Assembly (NCBI GenBank): GCA_035559475.1
Contig: DATMBT010000132.1
Span: forward strand, 1-26,711
DNA from: Gemmatimonadaceae bacterium
GTDB lineage: Bacteria; Gemmatimonadota; Gemmatimonadetes; Gemmatimonadales; Gemmatimonadaceae
Length of the DNA stretch: 26,711 bases
Reading direction: 5' to 3'
This document shows, in pieces, positions 1 to 8,324 of the stretch (positions are counted from its first letter, which is position 1; each line of letters opens with the position of its first letter). The notes below the pieces were generated by a model, which did no database searches, was not told the origin of the DNA, and saw nothing but the letters and a program-made list of their open reading frames with translations. A program made the translations under genes and the position numbers.

Positions 1-1269
1 CACCGTGACATCAAGGTCGACAACATCCTGTTCGACAGCCACGGCAACGCGGTGGTGGCTGACTTCGGAATCGCGCGCGCGGTGTCGGGCTACGTGAACC
101 AGACCGGCACCAACATGGTGGTCGGCACGCCCCAATATTTCGCGCCGGAACAGGCGCGGGCGAAGGCCCTCGATGGCAGGGCCGACCTTTACTCCCTGGG
201 AGTGACTCTTTTCCGGGCAGCGACCGGGAGGCTGCCGTTCGAGGGCGAGGACTGGTACGAGATCGCGAGGCAGCACGTGGAGGAACCGCCGCCAACGCCG
301 ACCTCCATCAATCCCGCGCTGTCGTCGGAGTTCGAAGCCATCGTGCTGCAATGCCTGGCGAAGTCGCCTGACGAGCGGCCGGCGACGGGTGACGTGCTCG
401 CCGAAACCATCCAGCAGGTCCTGCAGATGCGGCGCGACCCGTCATCAGCGAACACGTTGACGGTCCTGAAAACGCCCACTTCCTCGGGTCCGCGGATCTC
501 GAGCAGGCCGGCGGTCGTACCGGTTTCGCGAAAGCGGCTCTGGTCCGCGGCCGCAGTAGCCACAGTGGTGGTGGGCGGTGGTGTCGCCGCCCTCATGATG
601 CTGCCGTTAGGCGGCCGTGTGGGAACCGGCAACGCGGCGACGGATTCACTGGCCGCCGATTCCCCAACCGTGGTCGTACCGCCGGACAACAACACGGCCG
701 CGAACGACTCGCAAACGCCTCCTCCGCCGACCGGATCGTCGCCGAAAGTGACGATCCCCGGCAAGTCCACGCCGGCGCCGGGCCCGCGACCAACGGTTGG
801 GTCCATCATAGTTACCGCGACACGGGACGCGAAGATCACTGTCGGCGACCAGGAGATTGGTTTCGGGCCGCAGGCGAGGCGCGACAACCTTACGCCCAAG
901 CTCTATGTCATTCGCGCCGAGTTGCCGACGAGCATAGAAGGGTGCGAGACAGCGCGTAAGGTGGCGACCGTCACGGTCGTCGCCGGACGGACACACACCG
1001 TCAACATCGAGCCGAAGCTATGCGGCACGCTGGACATCAACGTGACCGCGTTGCGAGACGGTAAACCGGTGCCGGGCACCATCTGGTATTCGCTTCAGCC
1101 GGAGGGCGGTGCGATACCCCGGGACACACCTCTCTCCAGCGGACCGAGGGTGGTGCCGGTAGGCAAGTGGACACTTCGGGTGACACTCGCCGGGTGCTCA
1201 GGCTTTAACGACGATATCGAAATACTCGCGGGCGAAAAAACGACGGTGCCGATCCGGTTGCTCTGTTAA
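1..1269 (+). CDS. Membrane-bound Hanks-type Ser/Thr protein kinase (5'-truncated by window edge) with extracellular PEGA-like beta repeats
   Basis: Frame 1 opens with HRDIKVDNILFD (catalytic loop), then DFG, GTPQYFAPEQ and DLYSLG motifs. These are followed by a hydrophobic helix LWSAAAVATVVVGGGVAALMML, a Pro/Thr-rich linker and two beta-rich repeats; stop TAA at 1267-1269. Confidence 0.92.
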   Translation, partial: HRDIKVDNILFDSHGNAVVADFGIARAVSGYVNQTGTNMVVGTPQYFAPEQARAKALDGRADLYSLGVTLFRAATGRLPFEGEDWYEIARQHVEEPPPTPTSINPALSSEFEAIVLQCLAKSPDERPATGDVLAETIQQVLQMRRDPSSANTLTVLKTPTSSGPRISSRPAVVPVSRKRLWSAAAVATVVVGGGVAALMMLPLGGRVGTGNAATDSLAADSPTVVVPPDNNTAANDSQTPPPPTGSSPKVTIPGKSTPAPGPRPTVGSIIVTATRDAKITVGDQEIGFGPQARRDNLTPKLYVIRAELPTSIEGCETARKVATVTVVAGRTHTVNIEPKLCGTLDINVTALRDGKPVPGTIWYSLQPEGGAIPRDTPLSSGPRVVPVGKWTLRVTLAGCSGFNDDIEILAGEKTTVPIRLLC

Positions 1270-1277
1270 CCAGGGAT

Positions 1278-1293
1278 CCGCGAGTCGTCGCGG
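1278..1293. terminator. Small GC hairpin between convergent genes (possible weak terminator)
   Basis: CCGCGA-gtcg-TCGCGG; no U-tract on either side. Confidence 0.3.
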
Positions 1294-1308
1294 GCAGACC
1301 TAACGAGT

Positions 1309-1725
1309 TCAGCTGCCGCCCGTAATCAGCGCCCCGATCACGACTCCAACGAGTGTACCACCCCAGAACAGCATCGATCGATACCAGGGCTTCTGCGGCT
1401 CACTCATGACGGCGATGTGTTCCGTAGCCACGCGCGTGGTCTGACCGGTCACTACAGCGGTCACCAGGCCCGAGTCGATCCGGGCCACCCGGAATCGCGC
1501 CACCAGGATATCGCGACGTCGCGGGTCCAGGACGTTCCCCGTTTCACCCGGCTTCACCCAGGCCGCGTTGCCTCGCGGGAACCGGAACGTGGTGTCGCCA
1601 ACCTGCGTGATCTCGAACCGCACGCCGCGGAACTGCGCGCCTGCCGTCTCCGCAACCAGCGCCAGCCCCAGTACCAGCACGCAGGCCCAGCACCGAGCAC
1701 TAACAACCCAGCTGGATATCCTCAA
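1309..1725 (-). CDS. Hypothetical exported protein with C-terminal membrane anchor
   Basis: TTG start overlaps the rseP stop (TTGA). Signal-peptide-like N-terminus (…LVLGLALVAETAGA/QF), beta-rich core, C-terminal KPWYRSMLFWGGTLVGVVIGALITGGS. Confidence 0.75.
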   Translation of the reverse strand: MRISSWVVSARCWACVLVLGLALVAETAGAQFRGVRFEITQVGDTTFRFPRGNAAWVKPGETGNVLDPRRRDILVARFRVARIDSGLVTAVVTGQTTRVATEHIAVMSEPQKPWYRSMLFWGGTLVGVVIGALITGGS

Positions 1726-2930
1726 CGGAATATCCCGACCAGTCCTTTCACGTCGTTGAACATCACGAGCGCAAACAGGAGCGCGATGGCGACCAGGCCC
1801 GCGCGCATGATGTACTCACGCGTACGCGTGCTGAACGCACTCCCCTTGATGCCCTCGGCGACGTTCATGAGGATCTGGCCACCGTCGAGTATCGGGATCG
1901 GCAGCAGGTTGAGCACTGCCACGTTGATGCTCAGGAACGCAATCAACGACCACAGCGCCTCGAGTCCCGATTTTGCGGCTTCCACGGACACACGGCCGAT
2001 CGTGATGGGGCCACCGAGCTGGGACATGCTGACCTTGCCCGTCACCAACCCGCCCACGACGCGAATCACCGCGGTGCCCATCGCCCAGGTGGAGTGCCAG
2101 CCGGCAACCGCGGCCTCACCAAACGACAGCGGCTCACGGGCGATGTTGCGTGTCGATGCTGCGCCAATCCGGCCAACCTGGTCCACGGTCCCGAACTCCG
2201 TCGTGTCGTTCATGAGTTCAGGCGTGACGCGAACCGTCGCCGGGCGGCCATTGCGGATCACTTCAAGCGTGAGTTCCTGGCCCGCCGACGCGGTGATGCG
2301 CGAGGTGACTTCGTCCCATCGCTTCACCACGGTGCCGTTGACGGAGACGATGCTGTCCCCCTTCTGCAGTCCCGCGCGCTCCGCCGGGCGTCCAGCCACC
2401 AGCGAATCCACGACCGCCGGGATGTACGCGCGGCCGTAGCCCGCGAAAAGTCCCGTCGAGACCACGAGCGCGAGCACGGCGTTCATCGTCACGCCGGCCA
2501 GCATGATGATGAGCCGGCCCCAGAGCGGCTTGGACTCGAACCACCGGTCTTCTGGCACCGGCTTCGGCCCGAAAGGCACCATCGCATTGGGGTCCCAGTC
2601 CTTCGGCTTCGCCTCGACGGCGTGGCCCTCACCGGCGATGGTCGGTGACGAACTCGCGCCCACCGCCGGGACCTTCGCCTTTTCACTGCCACCCTCGAGG
2701 AACGCCGTTGCCTCGTCCTCGCGGGAGGCCATCCGCACGAACCCGCCTAACGGGAGCGCCGAGAGGACGTATTCGGTCTCACCGAAGCGGCGTCGCCACA
2801 ATGCCGGCCCGAACCCGATGGAGAAGCGCGGCGCGTACACACCGAGCCACTTGGCGGCGATGAAATGACCCAGTTCGTGCACGAGCACGACAAGGCCGAA
2901 GACGAAGATTGGGGCGAGCCAGGATAACAT
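1722..2930 (-). CDS. rseP: RIP/site-2 zinc metalloprotease RseP
   Basis: HELGH motif, FSIGFG, PLGGFVRM, AGVTMN, a PDZ domain, GPITI and NLLPIPILDGG; directly downstream of dxr. Confidence 0.96.
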   Translation of the reverse strand: MLSWLAPIFVFGLVVLVHELGHFIAAKWLGVYAPRFSIGFGPALWRRRFGETEYVLSALPLGGFVRMASREDEATAFLEGGSEKAKVPAVGASSSPTIAGEGHAVEAKPKDWDPNAMVPFGPKPVPEDRWFESKPLWGRLIIMLAGVTMNAVLALVVSTGLFAGYGRAYIPAVVDSLVAGRPAERAGLQKGDSIVSVNGTVVKRWDEVTSRITASAGQELTLEVIRNGRPATVRVTPELMNDTTEFGTVDQVGRIGAASTRNIAREPLSFGEAAVAGWHSTWAMGTAVIRVVGGLVTGKVSMSQLGGPITIGRVSVEAAKSGLEALWSLIAFLSINVAVLNLLPIPILDGGQILMNVAEGIKGSAFSTRTREYIMRAGLVAIALLFALVMFNDVKGLVGIFR

Positions 2931-2932
2931 CG

Positions 2933-2963
2933 AGGAGGCAGGAGGCAGGAGGCAGGAGGCAGG
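2933..2963. repeat. Heptamer tandem array (GGAGGCA)x4, single arm
   Basis: GGAGGCA at 2934, 2941, 2948 and 2955, abutting the rseP start codon. Confidence 0.95.
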
Positions 2964-2980
2964 GAAGGAAACGTTCTACT

Positions 2981-4111
2981 TCATTTCCTGAACAACGATG
3001 CTACGTGATCGCGAGCAGCGACATCAGCAGCCAATAGTTCCCCCCGAGTCCTCCCGGGAAGGCCACCGAGGCGGTCCAGTGCCGACGAGATCGCTCGTGC
3101 AATGTCCACGAATGAAAGCGCCCCGTCGAGGAACAGCGCAACTGCTTTTTCATTGGCGGCGTTGAACACAGCCGGTGCCGCGCCTCCGGCTCGTCCCGCC
3201 TCTATCCCGAGACGCAGGGCCGGAAAGTCATCCAGGCGGACTCGCTCGAACGTCAGCGGCGAGGAGGCCACTGGATCGAACGATGGGATCGCCGGCTCTT
3301 CAATTCGCTCCGGATGGGTCAGGGCGTACAGCACCGGAAGCTCCATCGAAGGCACGCCAACCTGGGCCAGCACACTCCCGTCCACGAACTCGACCATGGA
3401 GTGCACGACACTCTGCGGATGGACGACGACGTCGATCGCATCATACGGCAGTTGGAACAGGAAATGCGCCTCGATGACCTCGAGGGCCTTGTTGGCCAGC
3501 GTGGCGCTGTCGACGGTGATCTTCCTTCCCATCTGCCACGTCGGATGGCGCAGCGCGTCCGCCAGCGTCGCATGTGCGATCTGTTGCTGGCTCCAGTCGC
3601 GAAACGGGCCGCCTGACGCGGTGAGGATGACCCGGCGGACCTGCGAGGCGGGGCGCCCCGCGAGGCACTGCAGGATGGCCGAGTGTTCCGAGTCAACGGG
3701 AATGATCTCGCCGCCGGATTCACGCGCCGTGGACGTCGCGAGTTCGCCCGCGACGACCAGCGTCTCCTTGTTGGCCAGCGCCACGCGCTTGCCCGCACGA
3801 AGCGCGGCCAGCGTGGCGTCGAGGCCTGCCGCCCCGACCACTGCATTGAGCACGATGTCCGCGTCAGGCAGTTGCGCCGCCTGAACCAGGGCATCGGGGC
3901 CCAGGCACCAGGCATCGGGGATGTCGTTCCCGTTGGACACCAGTCCAACGAACCCGGCACCGGTGGCCTTTGCCTGTTCGGCCAGCACGCGCGCATTCGA
4001 GTTCGCGGTGAGGGCGGCGACGTGAAAGCGCGAACGGTGACGGGCGAGGACCCTTAGAGCCGTGGTCCCAATCGATCCAGTAGAGCCCAGGATGGCGACG
4101 CCAATGCTCAT
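2981..4111 (-). CDS. dxr: 1-deoxy-D-xylulose 5-phosphate reductoisomerase
   Basis: ILGSTGSIG, LANKE, PVDSEHSAI, TASGGPF, HPTWQMGRKITVDSATLANKALEVIEA, NAANE. Confidence 0.98.
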   Translation of the reverse strand: MSIGVAILGSTGSIGTTALRVLARHRSRFHVAALTANSNARVLAEQAKATGAGFVGLVSNGNDIPDAWCLGPDALVQAAQLPDADIVLNAVVGAAGLDATLAALRAGKRVALANKETLVVAGELATSTARESGGEIIPVDSEHSAILQCLAGRPASQVRRVILTASGGPFRDWSQQQIAHATLADALRHPTWQMGRKITVDSATLANKALEVIEAHFLFQLPYDAIDVVVHPQSVVHSMVEFVDGSVLAQVGVPSMELPVLYALTHPERIEEPAIPSFDPVASSPLTFERVRLDDFPALRLGIEAGRAGGAAPAVFNAANEKAVALFLDGALSFVDIARAISSALDRLGGLPGRTRGELLAADVAARDHVASLFRK

Positions 4112-4114
4112 ATG

Positions 4115-4165
4115 GGATGGCGGATGGCGGATGGCGGATTTCGGAAACCACCCGCCATCCCTCCA
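4115..4165. repeat. Heptamer array (GGATGGC)x3 with degenerate inverted arm
   Basis: GGATGGC at 4115, 4122 and 4129; inverted arm CCACCCGCCATCCCTCCA at 4148-4165. Confidence 0.85.
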
Positions 4166-4190
4166 GACCTCGGCTTCGTTGTCGCGCGGT

Positions 4191-5057
4191 TCACCGTGGG
4201 ACCGCCAGAAGCAGGCGACTGAGGATCAGGTACGCCACCGGCAGCACGAAATACAGGCTGTCGAGTCGATCGAGCACGCCACCGTGCGCACCAAAAAATG
4301 ACGAACTGTCCTTCACGCCGGCTTCACGCTTGAACAACGACTCCACCAGGTCGCCCACCTGCCCTGCACCACTGACGACGGCGCCAAAGATGAGTGCCGT
4401 CCACGGAGCCAGGGCGAGTTGCGCGAATGGTTGCAGGACGAGGTCGTTGTACAGCCACGCGCCGGCCATCGATCCGGCAACGGCGCCAACCGCGCCGGCG
4501 ACCGTTTTCCCGGGGCTCACCGCGGGCATGAGCTTTCGCTTCCCGAAGGCACGCCCGGCAAAGTAGGCCGCGGTATCGCTCACCCACGTGAGGATGATGG
4601 GAAAGAACAGCAACACGGCGCCGGCCAGCGGTTCCACCACGAACCGGTGGTGACGCAAGGCATAGGCGTAGGCGAGCGTCGCCCCGGTGTACAGGACGCC
4701 GAACGCCGTCACCGCGAGGGCGCCTAACGGCTTCTCGGCCTGGGACCGGCTCCAGAGCGTCACGCCCATCAGCGCGACAAACACCGCCCCTGCCGCCGCG
4801 AGCGGCGCGTCCAGCCAGCCGATCCGCACGGCGTGCGTGCCTAACGGCATCAGCGCCGCCAGCGGGATGCCAATGGCCTCGAGTGCGCGCGTGCCAGTGG
4901 CATTACTCAGCCGGAAGAGTTCCCAGGCGCCCACGCCGGCCAGTACGGCGAGCATCGCGGCCAGCACCAGGTCACCGACATATCCGGCCGCCAGCGCGAT
5001 CGGGATCCCGATCGCGGCCACCAGGACGCGACGGCCCAGCGCGCTTCCGCCGCCCAT
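4191..5057 (-). CDS. cdsA: Phosphatidate cytidylyltransferase
   Basis: Multi-pass membrane protein with SDTAAYFAGRAFGK, SPGKT and GDLVESLFKREAGVKDSS…HGGVLDRLDS. Confidence 0.97.
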   Translation of the reverse strand: MGGGSALGRRVLVAAIGIPIALAAGYVGDLVLAAMLAVLAGVGAWELFRLSNATGTRALEAIGIPLAALMPLGTHAVRIGWLDAPLAAAGAVFVALMGVTLWSRSQAEKPLGALAVTAFGVLYTGATLAYAYALRHHRFVVEPLAGAVLLFFPIILTWVSDTAAYFAGRAFGKRKLMPAVSPGKTVAGAVGAVAGSMAGAWLYNDLVLQPFAQLALAPWTALIFGAVVSGAGQVGDLVESLFKREAGVKDSSSFFGAHGGVLDRLDSLYFVLPVAYLILSRLLLAVPR

Positions 5058-5068
5058 CGCCGGACTCG

Positions 5069-5836
5069 TCAGGCGGTCACCCGCCCGTAGCGCCGGTCAC
5101 GTCGCTGGAACTCGTCGATCGCCTTGAACAGTTCGGTGCGCGTGAAGTCGGGCCAGAGCACGGTGGTGATGTACAGCTCCGAATACGCCAGTTGCCAGAG
5201 CAGAAAGTTCGAGATGCGCTGCTCGCCCGACGTCCGGATGAGGAGGTCCGGGTCGGGGCAATCGGCGGTGTAGAGTCTCGCGCTCAGCATCTCCTCGCTG
5301 ATCGCCTCCGGATCCAGCGTGCCGGCTGCCGCCTCGCGCGCCAACGCGCGCGCCGCCCGCACGATCTCGTCGCGCGCGCCGTACGAGATGAAAAGATTGA
5401 GGACAAGCCGCTGGTTCGACGCGGTCTTCTGCATGACGTCAGCGACCGCCGCCATCGCGCGCGGCGTGAGGCGCGAGAGGTCGCCGAGGACGCGCACCTG
5501 GACGCCCTTGGCGGTGAGTTCCTCCGCCTCGCGCCCGACGTACTCCACCAGCAGGTCCATGAGGGCCGCGACCTCGGTCGCCGGCCGTTCCCAGTTCTCC
5601 CGCGAGAACGCAAACAGCGACAGGAACTCCACACCCGCCTCGACGGACCCTTCGATGACCTCGCGGACCGCGGTCATCCCGGAGCGATGGCCGAAGACGC
5701 GGGGCATGTGCCGACCGCGGGCCCACCGACCGTTTCCATCCATGATGACGGCCACGTGCTTCGGCACGTGGCCGTTGCGGCGTACGTTCGCGAGCAGCTC
5801 GTCAGGCCCAGGGCGCACGGGACGCGGTCCCGTCAC
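5069..5836 (-). CDS. uppS: Undecaprenyl/isoprenyl diphosphate synthase
   Basis: HVAVIMDGNGRWA, FSRENWERP, DLLIRTSGEQRISNFLLWQ; GTG start overlaps the frr stop. Confidence 0.97.
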   Translation of the reverse strand: MTGPRPVRPGPDELLANVRRNGHVPKHVAVIMDGNGRWARGRHMPRVFGHRSGMTAVREVIEGSVEAGVEFLSLFAFSRENWERPATEVAALMDLLVEYVGREAEELTAKGVQVRVLGDLSRLTPRAMAAVADVMQKTASNQRLVLNLFISYGARDEIVRAARALAREAAAGTLDPEAISEEMLSARLYTADCPDPDLLIRTSGEQRISNFLLWQLAYSELYITTVLWPDFTRTELFKAIDEFQRRDRRYGRVTA

Positions 5837-6387
5837 ACTTCCATGATTTCGTGCTCTTTCGCCTTCATGAGCGCGTCGATCTTCGCCATGTACTCGTCGT
5901 GGACCTTCTGCAGGTCCTTCTCGGCGTGCTTCACGTCATCCTCGGACACACCGTCCAGCTTCTTCAGCCGGTCGCGACACTCGGTTCGCCAGTGCCTGAC
6001 GCCGATCCGTCCTTCCTCGGCGAACTTGTGCACGACCTTCACCAGGTCGCGCCGGCGCTCCTCGTTCATCTGCGGCAACGGCACGCGGATCATCGCGCCC
6101 TGCGTCACCGGATCCAGCCCCAGTTCCGCCTCGCGTATCGCCTTCTCGATCACCTTGATCTGCGACTTGTCGAACGGTGTGACCGTCAGCAGCCGCGGCT
6201 CAGGCGCCGCGAGGCTGGCGACCTGGTTGAGCATCATCTGCGTGCCGTACACCTCGACGCGCACCGTATCGAGCATGTTCGTGGTGGCCTTGCTCGACCG
6301 GACCGACGCGAACTCATGCTTGACCGAGTCGATCGCCTTGTCCATGTGTGTGCGCGCGTCTTTCAGGATCTGCTGGATGTTAGCCAT
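5833..6387 (-). CDS. frr: Ribosome recycling factor
   Basis: Typical RRF sequence (VEVYG…LNQVAS, IEKAI…LGLDP, P.MNEERRRDLVK); G-rich SD upstream. Confidence 0.97.
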   Translation of the reverse strand: MANIQQILKDARTHMDKAIDSVKHEFASVRSSKATTNMLDTVRVEVYGTQMMLNQVASLAAPEPRLLTVTPFDKSQIKVIEKAIREAELGLDPVTQGAMIRVPLPQMNEERRRDLVKVVHKFAEEGRIGVRHWRTECRDRLKKLDGVSEDDVKHAEKDLQKVHDEYMAKIDALMKAKEHEIMEV

Positions 6388-7119
6388 TCAGCGCTGCTCC
6401 CCCCTAACGAGAGTGCCGACCTTTTCGCCGCGCACGGCCATCGCCACGGCGCCGGGGCGGTGGATATTGAGAACAATCAGCGGAAGGTTGTTTTCCTTGC
6501 ACAGCGTCACCGCCGTCTGGTCCATCACGCCCAGTTCCTCCAGCATGACGTCGCGGTAGCTGATGTGATCATAGAACTTTGCGTCGGGAAACTTCTTCGG
6601 ATCGGCGGAATAGACGCCATCAACGCTGGTCGCCTTGATGATGACGTCAGCCTTCATCTGGATGGCTCGCAACGCGGCCGCGGTGTCGGTGGAAAAGTAC
6701 GGATTCCCCGTCCCGCCGGCAAAGATGACGATGCGGCCTTTCTCGAAATGGCGAAGGGCGCGCCGGCGAATGTACGGTTCCGCCAGCTCCTCCATCCGGA
6801 TGGCCGTCATGACGCGTGTATCCAGGCCACGCCGCTCCATCACGTCCTGCAGCGCGAGCGCGTTGATCACGGTGCCGAGCATGCCCATGTAATCAGCGGC
6901 GACGCGATCGAGCCCCATCTCGGCCAGTTGCCGGCCGCGCACGATGTTGCCACCGCCGATTACCATCCCGATCCCAACACCCATGTTCACGACGGCGCGC
7001 ACCTCGTCGCAGAACTGCCCGACCTTGTCGAAATCGAAGCCGGTGCCCTTTTCACCTGCGAGGGCTTCGCCTGACAACTTCAGGAGAATGCGGCTGTAGG
7101 CGGGCTGGGAATTTGGCAT
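6388..7119 (-). CDS. pyrH: UMP kinase
   Basis: RILLKLSGEAL, VIGGGN, DYMGMLGT, GTGNPYFSTDTAA, VDGVYSADP. ATG at 7119 preferred over TTG at 7122. Confidence 0.97.
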   Translation of the reverse strand: MPNSQPAYSRILLKLSGEALAGEKGTGFDFDKVGQFCDEVRAVVNMGVGIGMVIGGGNIVRGRQLAEMGLDRVAADYMGMLGTVINALALQDVMERRGLDTRVMTAIRMEELAEPYIRRRALRHFEKGRIVIFAGGTGNPYFSTDTAAALRAIQMKADVIIKATSVDGVYSADPKKFPDAKFYDHISYRDVMLEELGVMDQTAVTLCKENNLPLIVLNIHRPGAVAMAVRGEKVGTLVRGEQR

Positions 7120-7131
7120 CAAGAAGGAAGG

Positions 7132-7225
7132 TGGTTGCTGGTTGCTGGTTGCTGGTTGCTAGTCCTGGTACTGGTTGCTGGTGCTGGTGCTGGTGGTTTC
7201 CAGCAACCAGCAACCAGCAACCAGC
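7132..7225. repeat. Heptamer inverted-repeat array (TGGTTGC)x4 … (CCAGCAA)x3.7
   Basis: TGGTTGC at 7132, 7139, 7146 and 7153, then degenerate 6/7-mers; CCAGCAA at 7200, 7207 and 7214 plus CCAGC. Fills the tsf-pyrH spacer. Confidence 0.95.
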
Positions 7226-7233
7226 GTCAGTTA

Positions 7234-8127
7234 CTACTCTCCCATCCGGTAGCGTACGAACCGCTTCACGGTGAGCGGCGCGCCGGCGGCCTTCGACGCG
7301 TCGTCGACCAGTTGCTGGATGGTCTTCGACTCGTCGCGGACCCACGGCTGCTCGAGAAGCGTCACCTCGGCGAAGAACTTCCGGATCTGCCCCTCAACCA
7401 CCTTGTCCACGATGTTGGCCGGCTTGCCTTCCGCCAGCGCCTTCTCGGAAAAGATGCGACGCTCGCGCTCGACCAGCTCCGTCGAGACATCCTCGCGGCG
7501 AACCGCCTCGGGAACGCGCGGGACACCCGCCGCCACGTGCTCGGCAATGGTCTTCCCGAGTTCCTGCGCCGGCGCGCCAGCCGGGCCCGACACTTCCACC
7601 ATCGCGGCCACCCGGCCGTTGTGGTGGATGTACGTGCCTAACGTCCCGTCGGTGGTGAGCCGGGCGTACCGGCGCAACACGACGTTCTCCCCGGTCTTGG
7701 CCGAGGTCTCGGTGACCTTGTCCGCGATCGTCTTTCCCTCGAAGGGCTTCGAGTGGAACGCAGCGCCGGTGGCATCGGCCACGATGCCGTCGAACGACGT
7801 GTCTGCGAGCAGCGCCTTTCCGAGCGCATCGGCAACCGCGCCAAACTCCTCGTTCCGGGAAACGAAGTCGGTCTCGGAGTTGAGCTCGACCATCGCGCCC
7901 GACTTTCCATCCGGGGCGATGAGCGTGACGATGCGGCCCTCGGACGCCACACGGCCCGCGCGCTTTTCAGCCTTCGCGATGCCCGACTTCCTGAGGTTCT
8001 CGATAGCCAGGTTCATGTCGCCGTTCGCCGTGGTGAGGGCATTGCGGCAATCCATCATGCCGGCCCCGGTGCGTTGACGGAGTTCCTGGACGTCCTTCGC
8101 GCTTGGCTTGTAGTCAGTCATTGTCAT
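7234..8127 (-). CDS. tsf: Elongation factor Ts
   Basis: VQELRQRTGAGMMDCRNAL, ELNSETDFV, LLEQPW, VKRFVRY. Start trimmed to ATG at 8127 (alternative 8121). Confidence 0.97.
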   Translation of the reverse strand: MTMTDYKPSAKDVQELRQRTGAGMMDCRNALTTANGDMNLAIENLRKSGIAKAEKRAGRVASEGRIVTLIAPDGKSGAMVELNSETDFVSRNEEFGAVADALGKALLADTSFDGIVADATGAAFHSKPFEGKTIADKVTETSAKTGENVVLRRYARLTTDGTLGTYIHHNGRVAAMVEVSGPAGAPAQELGKTIAEHVAAGVPRVPEAVRREDVSTELVERERRIFSEKALAEGKPANIVDKVVEGQIRKFFAEVTLLEQPWVRDESKTIQQLVDDASKAAGAPLTVKRFVRYRMGE

Positions 8128-8129
8128 TT

Positions 8130-8163
8130 TCGTGAACTCGTGAATCGTGAATCGTGACTCGGC
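8130..8163. repeat. Heptamer array TCGTGA(A/C) x4, single arm
   Basis: TCGTGAA at 8130, 8138 and 8145, TCGTGAC at 8152, then TCGGC; immediately upstream of the tsf start. Confidence 0.9.
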
Positions 8164-8209
8164 TGCGCATTCGCGCTCCGGCCCGAAACCACTTGATTGC
8201 TTCTTCCTC

Positions 8210-8242
8210 AAAACAACGCCGCCGGCTTGGAGGCCGACGGCG
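8210..8242 (-). terminator. Intrinsic terminator/attenuator between rpsB and tsf
   Basis: Minus strand CGCCGTCGGC-ctccaa-GCCGGCGGCG followed by TTGTTTT. Confidence 0.7.
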
Positions 8243-8324
8243 CTTCGGTATGCTTCACCGATTGCTCATGATCCGTGGATCATGTCCGGCCTGAACGGTG
8301 CGGCCGGGGTCCGTAGCCTGAAAG

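Noticed and set aside
4883..7074. Long plus-strand ORFs (558 aa at 4883-6559, 407 aa at 5851-7074) and similar antisense ORFs elsewhere
   Set aside because: They lie opposite well-conserved genes, show no recognisable motifs, and are the expected shadow ORFs of GC-rich coding DNA.
8160..8324. tRNA in the structured rpsB-tsf spacer
   Set aside because: The stems are serial rather than cloverleaf, with no T-loop GTTCRA or acceptor stem.
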